Assembly: GCA_965232105.1 (NCBI GenBank)
Contig: OZ246956.1
Location: 1,666,499-1,730,498 of the forward strand
Direction: 5' to 3'
Length of the DNA: 64,000 nt
Source: Thermoanaerobaculia bacterium
Lineage (GTDB): Bacteria; Acidobacteriota; Thermoanaerobaculia; Multivoradales; Multivoraceae
Every line of letters begins with the position of its first letter. The stretch's first letter is position 1. Made by a program: the position numbers and the translations under genes. The notes below the pieces were generated by a model. That model was not told the DNA's origin, did no database searches, and saw nothing but the letters and a program-made list of their open reading frames with translations. Below are positions 9,328 through 21,090 of the stretch, in pieces.

Positions 9328-11035
9328 ACGCCTCCACCTGAGGCCGCGCCACCGGGCGCGGCTCGAAGCCCTGCTACGCGAACATCTCCCCGCCGTGGAG
9401 GTCTGGGCCTACGGCAGCCGCGTGAACGGCCAAAGCCACGACGGCAGCGACCTCGACCTCGTGCTGCGAGGCTCAGGATTAGAGGAGATCGACATCTGCG
9501 CCCTCGGTGACTTCACTCAGGCGCTTCACGATTCGACCATCCCGTTCCTGGTCGAGGCTCGCGACTGGGCGCGCTTGCCGGAGCGGTTCCATCGGGAGAT
9601 CGAGCGGGAGTATGTGGTCTTGACAGGAGGCGATCGGTCGTTCTGCGGTGACGACGGGGTGCGGCAGGGCGACTGCTTCGCACGAGCCGATTGCCAGGCA
9701 ACCAGCTCCGACTCTTCAGATGCTGCTGCCGGCTGGCAAGAAGTCGGATTAGGCGATGTAGTCCGCCTCGTGTCTGGAGGTACACCGTCCAAGGGGGAAC
9801 CGACGTACTGGGGCGGCGAAGTTCCCTGGGTCTCTGCGAGAGACATGAAGCAGTTTCTGCTCCGCGATACGAGCCATCACGTCACTGCCGAGGGGCTTGC
9901 CAACGGCACTAGGCAGGTTCCGGCCGGCACGCTCCTGCTCCTTGTCAGGGGTATGAGGTTACTGAAGGAATTGCCAGTCTGCGTGACAGAACGACCGATG
10001 GCCTTCAACCAGGACATCAAGGCTCTTCTGCCCAAGGGACGTATCGATCCGAAGTTCCTGCCGTATCTTGTCGCAGGCAACAAACGGCGTCTACTGAATC
10101 TCGTAGACCTCGCCGGTCATGGCACGGGTCGGATCAACAGTGACGAACTGCGCGCCCTCGATGTTCGGTTGCCGCCGCTGTGCGAACAACGAGCCATCGC
10201 TTACATCCTCGGCACGCTTGACGACAAGATCGAGCTGAACCACCGGATGACCGCGACGCTGGAGGCGATGGCGCGGGCGCTGTTCATGTCCTGGTTCGTC
10301 GATTTCGACCCGGTGCGGGCCAAGATGGAATGTCGAAACACGGGCCTATGGGAAGGAACCGCGAAGCTGTTTCCCGACCGATTGGTGGACTCGTTCTTGT
10401 TAGGGAGTATCCCGGCTGGATGGGAGGTGTCTGAGATCGGCAAAGAGGTGAGGGCTGTAGGAGGTTCAACTCCGAGTACCAAAGAACCGTCTTACTGGTA
10501 TGGAGGCCAGAATTGCTGGGCTACACCTAAAGACCTTTCAAAGTTGGTCTCTCCGGTCTTGATGGGGACGGGCCGCAAGATCACAGGCGCAGGGCTGGCG
10601 AGAGTCGGTTCTGGGACGCTTCCCGCGGGCACGGTCCTCATGTCTTCTCGCGCTCCAATCGGATACCTAGCCATTGCCGAGACACCGACGGCCGTCAATC
10701 AAGGCCTCATTGCAATGAGATGCGAGGGCCGTCTGTCCAACCTATACGTACTTCATTGGTGCGGCCAGAACCTCGGTTACATCAGGAACATTGCCGGTGG
10801 GTCTACATTTGCGGAAATCAGCAAGAAGGCGTTCCGGCCGATACCAGTACTCGTTCCTTCGGGAGTAGTTCTCGGTGAGTACGAACGTTTCGGCCGCCCC
10901 TTGTACGATCGGCTAGTCGTGAACACGAAGGAGGCGGTGGCCTTGAGCGTTCTTCGTGACGCGCTGCTCCCAAGGCTGGTCTCGGGAGAGATCCGCGTGC
11001 GCGATGCCGAGAGGGCCCTGGAAGCCGCTACATGA
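9320..11035 (+). CDS. hsdS: In-frame fusion of a minimal nucleotidyltransferase (MNT, partner of HI0074/HEPN) to the type I restriction-modification specificity subunit HsdS
   Basis: Residues 1 to about 110 carry the minimal-NT motif YGSRVNGQSHDGSDLDLVL. From about residue 130 the sequence is a canonical HsdS with two target-recognition domains. It has GWQEVGLGDVVRLVSGGTPSK at the TRD1 start, the central conserved LPPLCEQRAIAYILGTLDDKIELNHRM...ALFMSWFVDFDP region, and the C-terminal repeat LLPRLVSGEIRV. There is no stop codon between the MNT and HsdS parts. An internal in-frame GTG at 9659 could act as an alternative start. Confidence 0.8.
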   Translation: MTERLHLRPRHRARLEALLREHLPAVEVWAYGSRVNGQSHDGSDLDLVLRGSGLEEIDICALGDFTQALHDSTIPFLVEARDWARLPERFHREIEREYVVLTGGDRSFCGDDGVRQGDCFARADCQATSSDSSDAAAGWQEVGLGDVVRLVSGGTPSKGEPTYWGGEVPWVSARDMKQFLLRDTSHHVTAEGLANGTRQVPAGTLLLLVRGMRLLKELPVCVTERPMAFNQDIKALLPKGRIDPKFLPYLVAGNKRRLLNLVDLAGHGTGRINSDELRALDVRLPPLCEQRAIAYILGTLDDKIELNHRMTATLEAMARALFMSWFVDFDPVRAKMECRNTGLWEGTAKLFPDRLVDSFLLGSIPAGWEVSEIGKEVRAVGGSTPSTKEPSYWYGGQNCWATPKDLSKLVSPVLMGTGRKITGAGLARVGSGTLPAGTVLMSSRAPIGYLAIAETPTAVNQGLIAMRCEGRLSNLYVLHWCGQNLGYIRNIAGGSTFAEISKKAFRPIPVLVPSGVVLGEYERFGRPLYDRLVVNTKEAVALSVLRDALLPRLVSGEIRVRDAERALEAAT

Positions 11036-11286
11036 CGCCGGCATCCGCGACGTTCTCCGAGGCGAAGGTCGAAGAGGCAGCTCCTTTTGACTCCGGGGGG
11101 TCCGTTGGTGGTCGGGCGGCGGCTCCGTGTATTGGTTCTCGCGTTCACGCCGTCTGTGTGCGCTCCAAGGTACCGCGTCCCCGAGACCGGCTGAGCGAGG
11201 GCGACCTGAAGTTGGTCGCCGCGTGAGTCCGGAGCCGCTACCGTCTGGTAGCGTAGCCGGGCGATGCCGAAGCGCGAAGGGCCAGC

Positions 11287-11646
11287 GTGAACTGGGAACC
11301 GCTAACGGCGCTAAGCGCCGCGATCACCGCCTTGTTCGCGGCAGCATCGGCAGTAGTCGCTTGGCTGATGTGGCGGCAGGCTCGCCAGAAGGACCAGCAT
11401 CGACTCGCCGCTCGATCTGCGGCTCTTCGCCTTCTCGTAGTGCAGTCCGACCTCGTCCGCATACGAGAGATTCTTGCGAAGGAAGATGTGGACCACTCTC
11501 ATATCGACGCACTACTAGAAGGTAACATGATCGGAACAGGACAAACGCTAATCGAGGTTCAGACATTCTTGCCGAACCTTGTATCCGAACTGCGCGGCAA
11601 GATGATGGAGGAATCAAGGCATGGCCGAAACAACCAGGCCACGTAG
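11287..11646 (+). CDS. Small membrane-anchored hypothetical protein (119 aa, one N-terminal TM helix) in the gap between hsdS and hsdR
   Basis: The hydrophobic N-terminus LTALSAAITALFAAASAVVAWLMW, followed by a charged soluble tail. G+C is visibly lower than the surrounding genes. Its 3' end overlaps the start of the next unknown gene. Confidence 0.45.
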   Translation: MNWEPLTALSAAITALFAAASAVVAWLMWRQARQKDQHRLAARSAALRLLVVQSDLVRIREILAKEDVDHSHIDALLEGNMIGTGQTLIEVQTFLPNLVSELRGKMMEESRHGRNNQAT

Positions 11647-12112
11647 AATCCGTGGTCATGTAGCTGCAATACTCAACACTCGTCAGTTGGCACTCAACAT
11701 TGGGTCGTTGAGACATGTGGAAGTCGGAATGCGGTTTGACGTCGTCCATGCGAGAAACCACGAACTCAAGGACCCCATCACTGGCGAGTCTCTTGGCAAG
11801 TTGGACCTGCCTAAGAAACGCGTGAAGATCTACGAAGTCGCCGAGAGATATTCGATCGCCAACACACTGGCTCGAGAAGTCAACGTTGGAGGTAGCGGAA
11901 TAGACTTGGGCTTTGCGAGGAGCTTTGCACCTCCGAAGTGGGTTACCCGATACGATACTCTCAAGAAGGACGACTCTTCCTTTGAAGAAATTGACGAGTC
12001 GGAGAGTGTTGTACAAGTCGGCGATCCCGTTGTGGAAGTTGTCGCGTCGGATGGGGCCGAGTCGATAAAGCCGATCAGCGAAGTGGCAGCAGGAGAAGCT
12101 CACGTCTCGTAG
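11621..12112 (+). CDS. Hypothetical protein (163 aa), second gene of the low-GC cassette between hsdS and hsdR
   Basis: Globular-protein-like composition (e.g. KIYEVAERYSIANTLAREVNVGGSGIDLGFARSFAPPKW). The opposite-strand ORF at 11324..12103 is Cys/Ser/Arg-rich and looks non-coding. No recognised domain. Confidence 0.5.
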   Translation: MAETTRPRRIRGHVAAILNTRQLALNIGSLRHVEVGMRFDVVHARNHELKDPITGESLGKLDLPKKRVKIYEVAERYSIANTLAREVNVGGSGIDLGFARSFAPPKWVTRYDTLKKDDSSFEEIDESESVVQVGDPVVEVVASDGAESIKPISEVAAGEAHVS

Positions 12113-12204
12113 TGTGGCGGTAGGTGACCTTCCGAGAGACCCCCCGAAGTCCTTTCAAGAGAAATTCCCGTCACCCTTGGCGAGAGAGCGTTGGCACGCG
12201 TGAC

Positions 12205-15357
<3,153 letters not shown>

Positions 15358-15453
15358 CATGGGTCGGTTGCGACACTATGTGTCGCATACGAACAACTCG
15401 ATCTCGATTTCTCTGCCGTCGATGTGGCAGGCGCGCCGCGAGGTCGTGGGCCG

Positions 15454-15903
15454 CTACCGGCCGTGCCGTTCCTCCGCCGTCTGCTTGAGCGCCCTGCCGA
15501 CGGTCGCGAAGCCGCGGTGCATGGCGCCGCCAAACAGGAGCCGGGCCATCGGCGCCAGTGGCCCTTCCAGGGTGTCGGTGTTGAAGTAGGTGCAACTCGT
15601 CTCGCTTCGCTTCTCGAGTCGCTGTACACGCAGCGCTTTCACGAGTCCGAGGGCGACGTTCGTGCTCCAGGCCAGACGGGTCGGCGGTTCGACGATCGCG
15701 ATGCGTTCGGTCTGCTTCCGGTTGTAGCGGTCCAGCTTGACGTCGAAGTGGATGGGGGAGCCCACGCGGACATCGGTCTTCGTGTAGGTCCGGGCGAAGG
15801 GATTCCACTCGTGGTAGCGGTCGAGATCGACGAGGAGGTCCCAGGCCACCTCGATCGGAGCGTCGATCTCTACCGGTTCCGAATCGATGGCGCGCTTGAA
15901 CAT
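15454..15903 (-). CDS. SRPBCC-family protein (polyketide cyclase/dehydrase-like START fold)
   Basis: From the ATG (rc) at 15903, MFKRAIDSEPVEIDAPIEVAWDLLVDLDRYHEWNPF... matches the Polyketide_cyc2/SRPBCC pattern. The longer ORF-track extension upstream runs through a repeat element. Confidence 0.6.
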   Translation of the reverse strand: MFKRAIDSEPVEIDAPIEVAWDLLVDLDRYHEWNPFARTYTKTDVRVGSPIHFDVKLDRYNRKQTERIAIVEPPTRLAWSTNVALGLVKALRVQRLEKRSETSCTYFNTDTLEGPLAPMARLLFGGAMHRGFATVGRALKQTAEERHGR

Positions 15904-15974
15904 CCGGGGGCCTCCTGCGCTGACGGCATGGAGCCGGCCGCCGAAGAGGTGCCGGCCTAGCGGCCGGCGCGTCT

Positions 15975-16029
15975 CCCTGGCCGCCTGCGGCGGCAGCCGG
16001 CGGGGACGCCGGCGCACCCAGTGGGCGGC
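15975..16029. repeat. Copy A of a GC-rich intergenic repeat (family R1): CCTGGCCGCCTGCGGCGGCAGCCGGCGGGGACGCCGGCGCACCCAGTGGGCGGC
   Basis: Near-identical (about 95%) to 43165-43216. Shares the CACCCAGTGGG core with other copies. Lies in the intergenic space between the SRPBCC gene and the SDR gene. Confidence 0.5.
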
Positions 16030-16069
16030 CAGATCCATGCGAGTCAGCGGAGCGTACCGCGCGTCGTGT

Positions 16070-17137
16070 CTATTCGTGGCCGAGCGACCTGAACCAGCCG
16101 TCCGATTCTTCCCAAAGGCGGCGCGACGCTGCTTCGTCCCGCGCGTCAGGGATGGGCTCGGCCCTAGCGCAGCGTTCATAGTAGTGGCCGCCTTCCAGGC
16201 GAGGGTCCGTCGCGCAGTGGATCGTGGTCTGGGCGGCCTGGGCCGGCGTCAGGAGGATCAGAGGCGCCAAGGGCGTGATCAGGCGCTTCGTCCGTTTGAG
16301 CAGTCGGGGTTCGTCCTGCCAGCCGAAGGTCATGTTCGAGTAGGCCGAGCCTGGGTGCAGGGCGGCCGCCCGGAGGTGGCCGTCCGCGGCGTAGCGGCGC
16401 TGCAGCTCGAAGCTGTGGTGGATCAGGGCCAGCTTGGACTGGCCGTAGGCGGTCCAGGAGTCGGCCCCGACCGAGTCTTCCATCCGTGCGCCCGATGATG
16501 GGTGCCCGGAGTGGTTCGCGGGTAGCGCGTGAGCGCGCCACCCGGGTTCGAAGAGGCGGTCGTTGCTGCCCTTGTCGTGCTGGTGCGAGGAGACGTTGAT
16601 CACCCGCGCGTCGCCGCTCCGCCGGCCGGACTCAAGCAGCATCGGCAGCAGCAGGCGCGTCAGGTGGAACGTGCCGAGGTAGTTCGTCCGCCAGTGGATT
16701 TCGAACCCGTCGGCGGAGACCCTGCGCTCGCGCCAGCGCCAGAGCACGTCGCGGAGGATGCCGGCGTTGTTGACCAGCACGTCCAGGCGGCCGCCGGACA
16801 TCTCCCGGTACCAGGCGGCGAAGTCCGCGACGCTCCCGGCGTCGGCGAGATCGAGCCGGTGGGCCTCGATTCCGTTCGGCCGCTGCCCGGCGTCCCGCAG
16901 GTCCCGCAGCAGGGTCTCCCCGGCGGCGGCGCTGTCGCGCGGGCAGGTGACCGCGACGTCGGCGCCCCAGGCGGCCAGCGTTCTGGCGACGTGGTAGCCG
17001 ATCGCCCCGGGCGTCGCGCCGGTGACGATCACCTTTCTGCCCGACATGTCGACCTGGTCGGCCATCGGCTTGCGCGAGAAGAGCTCCCGCATGTGGTGGA
17101 ACGCCTTCGAGAGGCCGGATCCAGGTCGGTATGCCAT
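16070..17137 (-). CDS. SDR-family oxidoreductase (retinol-dehydrogenase-like short-chain dehydrogenase) carrying a 25-aa in-frame insertion derived from a repeat element
   Basis: Rossmann motif VTGATPGAIG, NNAGI, catalytic S...YGQSK. The S-to-Y spacing is about 25 residues longer than in classical SDRs, and the extra segment is encoded exactly by repeat copy 16476-16550. Confidence 0.75.
   Translation of the reverse strand: MAYRPGSGLSKAFHHMRELFSRKPMADQVDMSGRKVIVTGATPGAIGYHVARTLAAWGADVAVTCPRDSAAAGETLLRDLRDAGQRPNGIEAHRLDLADAGSVADFAAWYREMSGGRLDVLVNNAGILRDVLWRWRERRVSADGFEIHWRTNYLGTFHLTRLLLPMLLESGRRSGDARVINVSSHQHDKGSNDRLFEPGWRAHALPANHSGHPSSGARMEDSVGADSWTAYGQSKLALIHHSFELQRRYAADGHLRAAALHPGSAYSNMTFGWQDEPRLLKRTKRLITPLAPLILLTPAQAAQTTIHCATDPRLEGGHYYERCARAEPIPDARDEAASRRLWEESDGWFRSLGHE
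16476..16550. repeat. Copy 1 of hairpin repeat family R2 (about 75 bp), embedded in-frame in the SDR coding sequence
   Basis: TTCCATCCGTGCGCCCGATGATGGGTGCCCGGAGTGGTTCGCGGGTAGCGCGTGAGCGCGCCACCCGGGTTC is about 82% identical over 75 bp to 23079-23155. Both ends are identical (21-mer and 16-mer). Confidence 0.5.
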
Positions 17138-17140
17138 CCG

Positions 17141-18118
17141 CTAGCCTGGCGGCGCCTGCGTCCGAAGCAGCGTTTCGCTGGCCTCCCACAAGCTGAGACC
17201 GTTGGCCGGGTTCGTGGCGTGCTCGGAGGGGCGCTTTTCGCGCAGCATGTGCAGGTAGATACCGCTGCGCTTGCCGGCGTCGTCGGCGCAACAGAGGTAG
17301 CTCACTGGCTTCGCGGCCTTCTCCGGCGTCAGGAAGAAGAACTTCATCATCGGGACCACGAGAGGTTTCAGGAACCACGGCGCTTCCCGCGCGATGGCCG
17401 TGTTGACGGGGCCGGGACAGAGCGAATGGACCACGACATGGCCCTCGCCGTCGCGGTTCAGGCGACGCGAGAGTTCCGTCGCGTACGTGCAGACGACGAG
17501 CTTGCTCGCGCCGTAGTGCCTGATCCCGTCGCGGACGCCGTAATCCACGAAGGCGCCGAAGCGGTCGAAGTCGATCGGCTCGGCGGAGCGGTGGGCGTCG
17601 GAGGAGACGAGGACGATGCGGGGCGCTTCCGCCATCCTGGCCGCCGGGCGAACCGTGCCGTCCTTCAGCCAGCGGTCGACGAGCACGCGGTTGGCGAGGA
17701 AGTGGACGGCGAACATCAGCTCGAAGCCCTGCGGCGTCTGGCGCGCGCGGCGCGGCACGACGCCGGCGTTGAGGACCGCGATGTCGATCGTCGTTTCCCG
17801 GTCACGCAATTCGTCGCAGAGCTGGTGCACCGAACGCAGGTCGGAGAGATCGACGCGGAGCATCTCGACCCGGTCGGAGCCGGAGGCGGCCCTGACGTCC
17901 TCGCCCGCGTCGGGGTGGCCGCTCCGGCAAGCCATCAGGACGTGACCGCCGCGCCGGGCCAGGTCGATGGCGACGGACTTGCCGAGACCGCTGTTCGCCC
18001 CGGTCACGAGGCACGTCCTGCCGTCGATCCTGACGGAGGCCGGCAGGGCTTCGATCTCGGCCGGCTCTGCCGCGCGGTCGCGGACCGCCTTGCGGAGCAC
18101 CTTGAAGAGCTTCTTCAC
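17141..18118 (-). CDS. SDR-family oxidoreductase
   Basis: TGANSGLGK Rossmann motif, NAGV, and C-terminal SDR features. 325 aa. Confidence 0.75.
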   Translation of the reverse strand: MKKLFKVLRKAVRDRAAEPAEIEALPASVRIDGRTCLVTGANSGLGKSVAIDLARRGGHVLMACRSGHPDAGEDVRAASGSDRVEMLRVDLSDLRSVHQLCDELRDRETTIDIAVLNAGVVPRRARQTPQGFELMFAVHFLANRVLVDRWLKDGTVRPAARMAEAPRIVLVSSDAHRSAEPIDFDRFGAFVDYGVRDGIRHYGASKLVVCTYATELSRRLNRDGEGHVVVHSLCPGPVNTAIAREAPWFLKPLVVPMMKFFFLTPEKAAKPVSYLCCADDAGKRSGIYLHMLREKRPSEHATNPANGLSLWEASETLLRTQAPPG

Positions 18119-18136
18119 GTTGGCTGGGCGTCTCCT

Positions 18137-19396
18137 TTACTCGCGCGGGATGTCGTACCTCCGGCGGTACGGCGCAATGCGGTCCTCGATCTCCTCCCTG
18201 GTCAGGCCGAAACTACCCGCATGGTAGACGTGCCGCCCGTAGCGGTGCTGCACGTTGCGGTTCGCGGTGCGCTCGGCGACTCGCCTCGCGTCCTCTCCGA
18301 AGGGGATGCCGGCCCGCTCGTAGACTTGGCGGAGTTGCGCCATCGGATCGTCGACCAGGTCGTAGTACGACACGTCGACGAAGCGATGCGGATCGGCCGC
18401 CTCCCGAGCCTTGGCGGTCAACTCAACGAGACGTGCCGTCTTGGCCAGCCAGTGCGCGCCGATCTCTCGCGGGTCGACGCGGTCGCTGAACAGGCCTCGA
18501 CCGTGCGCGACCATGCTGCAGAAGGAGGGGATCGTCTTCAGCGGATCGCGGTGCGTCTGGACGATCGTCGCGGTCGGGAAGACCTCGAGAACGACGTCCA
18601 GGTGCTCCATGTGATGCGGCGTCTTGAGTACCCAGTGATGACGAGGCGCCTGCCAGTGCAGGAGCTGAAGCAGGGTGCGGAACTCCTCGTACGCGCGCGT
18701 GTGGTCCCGGCCCTCCAGCCAGCGGGCGTAGGTGGGCACGTGCATGGTCGCCTCCGCCGACTGACTCATGAAGGACACGTCGAGCAGCAGCACGTCCTCC
18801 TCGGGAGCGTCGTGCTCGGCGGGATGAACGGCGAAGAACGCGGGGGCCAGGTAGGCGATTGCCCGTTCCGCGATGAGAGCCTGCCTGATCCGGGTGTGGG
18901 GATCACCCGGCTCTTCGCGCGGCAGGGGCAGCGGATTCAGTCCCTCCCAGGCCGCGACTGCGCGCATCTCGGGGTGGGAAGCGATCAGCCGGTGCAGCGT
19001 CGTCGTGCCGGTCCGCTGCAGGCCGGCGATCACGATGGCCGGCCCGAGTTCGATGTCCCGGATCTCCGGCCGCCGGCGGAGGAGTTCCTCGATCCGCAGG
19101 CGCGTCGCCAGTGCTCCCTCGATCCGCCGCCTCTGGATCGTCCGGCCGAGGAGCGTGAGGTCGGCTTCTTCGTTGATGGAGCGGACGAGGACGGACAGAG
19201 GTTCCATGAACCACGCGTCGCCGAAGCTGGACAGGCCGGTTCTGCGTCGGGCCTTCGCGACCATCGAGTCGATGTCGAGTTTCCCGGCCGCCCCGAGACG
19301 ACCGGCGGCGCGGCCGGCCGCGTTCAGGAGGGCAACGGGAAGGGGCCGGAATGGCCGCTCATAGTCCGTCGGTGTCTCGGAGACCCGCTTCGGCAT
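18137..19396 (-). CDS. Sulfotransferase-family protein (PAPS-dependent, Sulfotransfer_3-like)
   Basis: 5'-PSB loop GLQRTGTTTLHRLIASHP. Conserved RDP (THRDPLKTIPS) 3'-PB region. 419 aa. Confidence 0.7.
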   Translation of the reverse strand: MPKRVSETPTDYERPFRPLPVALLNAAGRAAGRLGAAGKLDIDSMVAKARRRTGLSSFGDAWFMEPLSVLVRSINEEADLTLLGRTIQRRRIEGALATRLRIEELLRRRPEIRDIELGPAIVIAGLQRTGTTTLHRLIASHPEMRAVAAWEGLNPLPLPREEPGDPHTRIRQALIAERAIAYLAPAFFAVHPAEHDAPEEDVLLLDVSFMSQSAEATMHVPTYARWLEGRDHTRAYEEFRTLLQLLHWQAPRHHWVLKTPHHMEHLDVVLEVFPTATIVQTHRDPLKTIPSFCSMVAHGRGLFSDRVDPREIGAHWLAKTARLVELTAKAREAADPHRFVDVSYYDLVDDPMAQLRQVYERAGIPFGEDARRVAERTANRNVQHRYGRHVYHAGSFGLTREEIEDRIAPYRRRYDIPRE

Positions 19397-19400
19397 CGGC

Positions 19401-20591
19401 TCAGCGGCGCTGTTGTAGCTCGTTCATCTTGACGACTCTGGTCGCCGGCTCCGGGTGCTCCTCGGCCCGGATCCAGCGGAAGGACATCGTGCCGGAGGTG
19501 TGGCCTGCGGTGTCGAGCCAGTTCGGGAGCCCCGGGTCCTCGTGGGCCACGATCAGGCGCACGGAGCCGTCGCTCCCGTAGTCCGCGAGGTGCTTGTTCG
19601 TGTGGATCGTGTGGTAGCGGTAGTCCAGCGATTCCATCCAGTAGTTGTTGAGCTGGAAGTTCCAGTGCTCGCACTCGGGCGGCACAGCCTCGATGACGAG
19701 CGCCTCGTCCGCGGCCAGGCGCCAGTGCGAGTGGTAGTAGGCGATGTTCGGGTCGCCTCCGGCCTGGTTCGATGTCTCCTGGTCGAACCTGGGCAGCTTG
19801 TTCGAGTGCTTCTGGAAGTCGCGGGCCCACTTCGCGAACAGCAGCGACGCCCCGGCGACCAGAGTGCTCGCGGAGCGCAGCCCCTCGTCGACCTGGCCCG
19901 GCGTCAGGGGCGCGGGACTCTTCTCCTCGGGGGCGCAGTTGATCCGCTCGATGTGCAACTCGGCCGGGACCTCGGTGCGCCGGTCGAGGAAGGTCTGGCG
20001 CACGATGAGCATTCCCGTGTCGGGCTTCATCGGCAGCCAGTTGCCTTCCTGCGGCTCGCAACTGAGAACGAGTTCGAAGCGGCCGTCGTCGTCCATTTCG
20101 AGTTCCGAGGCTTCGACGTAGCCGGTCGGCGGCAGGCCGCCGCCCTGGCCGTAGTGGCCGGCCTGGGTGCCGAAGCCGAGGTAGGCGACGGTGTTTCGGC
20201 GCCCCGTGATCCGGTACTCGTAGGCGCCCGAGAGCGCGGCGGTCAGGTAGTGGTTGTCCGGGTTGTCGGAGCCGAGCTTGACCGTCTCGTGGGCAACCCG
20301 GTGGAGGACCGGCGCCCGCGGGTCGGCGTGCTCGACGAAGGCCATCAGGCCGGCGCGGGCCAGCCGGCTCAGGTAGCGGTAGCCCTCGGCCTGGTTGAAG
20401 GAGTCGCGGGGAGTTCCCGGGAAGTTCAGCGAGGCGCCCGCCGCCTTCAACGTGTCGCAGAACTCGTCCCAGGCCCGGCCGCTGACGACCCGCTGCGCCG
20501 CGACGTCGTCCTCGGACTGCCCGCGGAGCTTCCGCACCGCCAGCGAGGTCCGGCGGAAGAGCGCGAGCAGAGCGATGACGAGCTTTCTCAC
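19401..20591 (-). CDS. DUF1254/DUF1214-like protein of unknown function
   Basis: C-terminal pattern ...HWNFQLNNYWMESLDYRYH...DGSVRLIVAHEDPGLPNWLDTAGHTSGTMSFRWI resembles the DUF1214 consensus (W.....YD...RY...DGS....P..NWLP). An NWLP-like motif is also present in the N-terminal half. From memory only. Confidence 0.45.
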   Translation of the reverse strand: MRKLVIALLALFRRTSLAVRKLRGQSEDDVAAQRVVSGRAWDEFCDTLKAAGASLNFPGTPRDSFNQAEGYRYLSRLARAGLMAFVEHADPRAPVLHRVAHETVKLGSDNPDNHYLTAALSGAYEYRITGRRNTVAYLGFGTQAGHYGQGGGLPPTGYVEASELEMDDDGRFELVLSCEPQEGNWLPMKPDTGMLIVRQTFLDRRTEVPAELHIERINCAPEEKSPAPLTPGQVDEGLRSASTLVAGASLLFAKWARDFQKHSNKLPRFDQETSNQAGGDPNIAYYHSHWRLAADEALVIEAVPPECEHWNFQLNNYWMESLDYRYHTIHTNKHLADYGSDGSVRLIVAHEDPGLPNWLDTAGHTSGTMSFRWIRAEEHPEPATRVVKMNELQQRR

Positions 20592-20610
20592 CGTCTTCTT
20601 CCTTCCGCCG

Positions 20611-21090
20611 TCACTCGGCGGGGCCGACCGGCGTGCCGTAGGGAACCGGCGGCTCGCGCTCGTGCGTCGGGCCGAGCGCGACGATGCGCCAGCGACCCCG
20701 GGACGAGCGGAGGTCGAGACTCTGGGTCTCGTAGCTCGCCTCGCGCACGTACTCGACCTCGAGACGGACGATGTCGCCCAGCTCCTCCTCGCCGGTCACC
20801 GCGATCCCCTTGAGGTCGGCGACACGCTGTTGCAGGTACTGCTCGAACGGGGCGTCGCCCATCTCGTCGCGCACGGATTCGAGCTGTTCCCGGACCTCTC
20901 CGGCGAAGAGATCGAGCCAGGCCTCCGCGGCGCCGTCCCCGCTCGCTTCGATCATCTGCCAGAAGACCTCCCGGGGTTCGCCTGCATCGGCCGAACGCTC
21001 GGGCAGGCGGTCGCGAAGCGCGATCGCCAGGCCTGCCACCAGGACCAGCGCGGTCAGCGCCGTGGCGCCGGCGTTGCGGGTCATCCTCAC
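20611..21090 (-). CDS. Hypothetical secreted/membrane-anchored protein (159 aa), last gene of the SPFH-metal operon
   Basis: N-terminal hydrophobic signal/anchor (ATALTALVLVAGLAIAL). Its start overlaps the hflK stop (ATGA-type overlap). Confidence 0.4.
   Translation of the reverse strand: MRMTRNAGATALTALVLVAGLAIALRDRLPERSADAGEPREVFWQMIEASGDGAAEAWLDLFAGEVREQLESVRDEMGDAPFEQYLQQRVADLKGIAVTGEEELGDIVRLEVEYVREASYETQSLDLRSSRGRWRIVALGPTHEREPPVPYGTPVGPAE

Noticed and set aside
11324-12103. 259-aa minus-strand ORF antisense to the low-GC cassette
   Set aside because: Cys/Ser/Arg-rich, with no start-context or motif support. The + strand ORFs have far more protein-like composition.
12124-12204. GTG start for hsdR 27 codons upstream of the ATG
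   Set aside because: The ATG at 12205 gives the conserved HsdR N-terminus ([21 protein letters not shown]). The upstream residues are Arg/Pro-rich linker-like and unconserved. Kept only as an alternative.
16529-19432. 967-aa + strand ORF spanning the SDR/sulfotransferase genes
   Set aside because: Antisense to three well-supported minus-strand genes. Composition is Arg/Gly/Ala-rich with no motifs. High-GC artifact.
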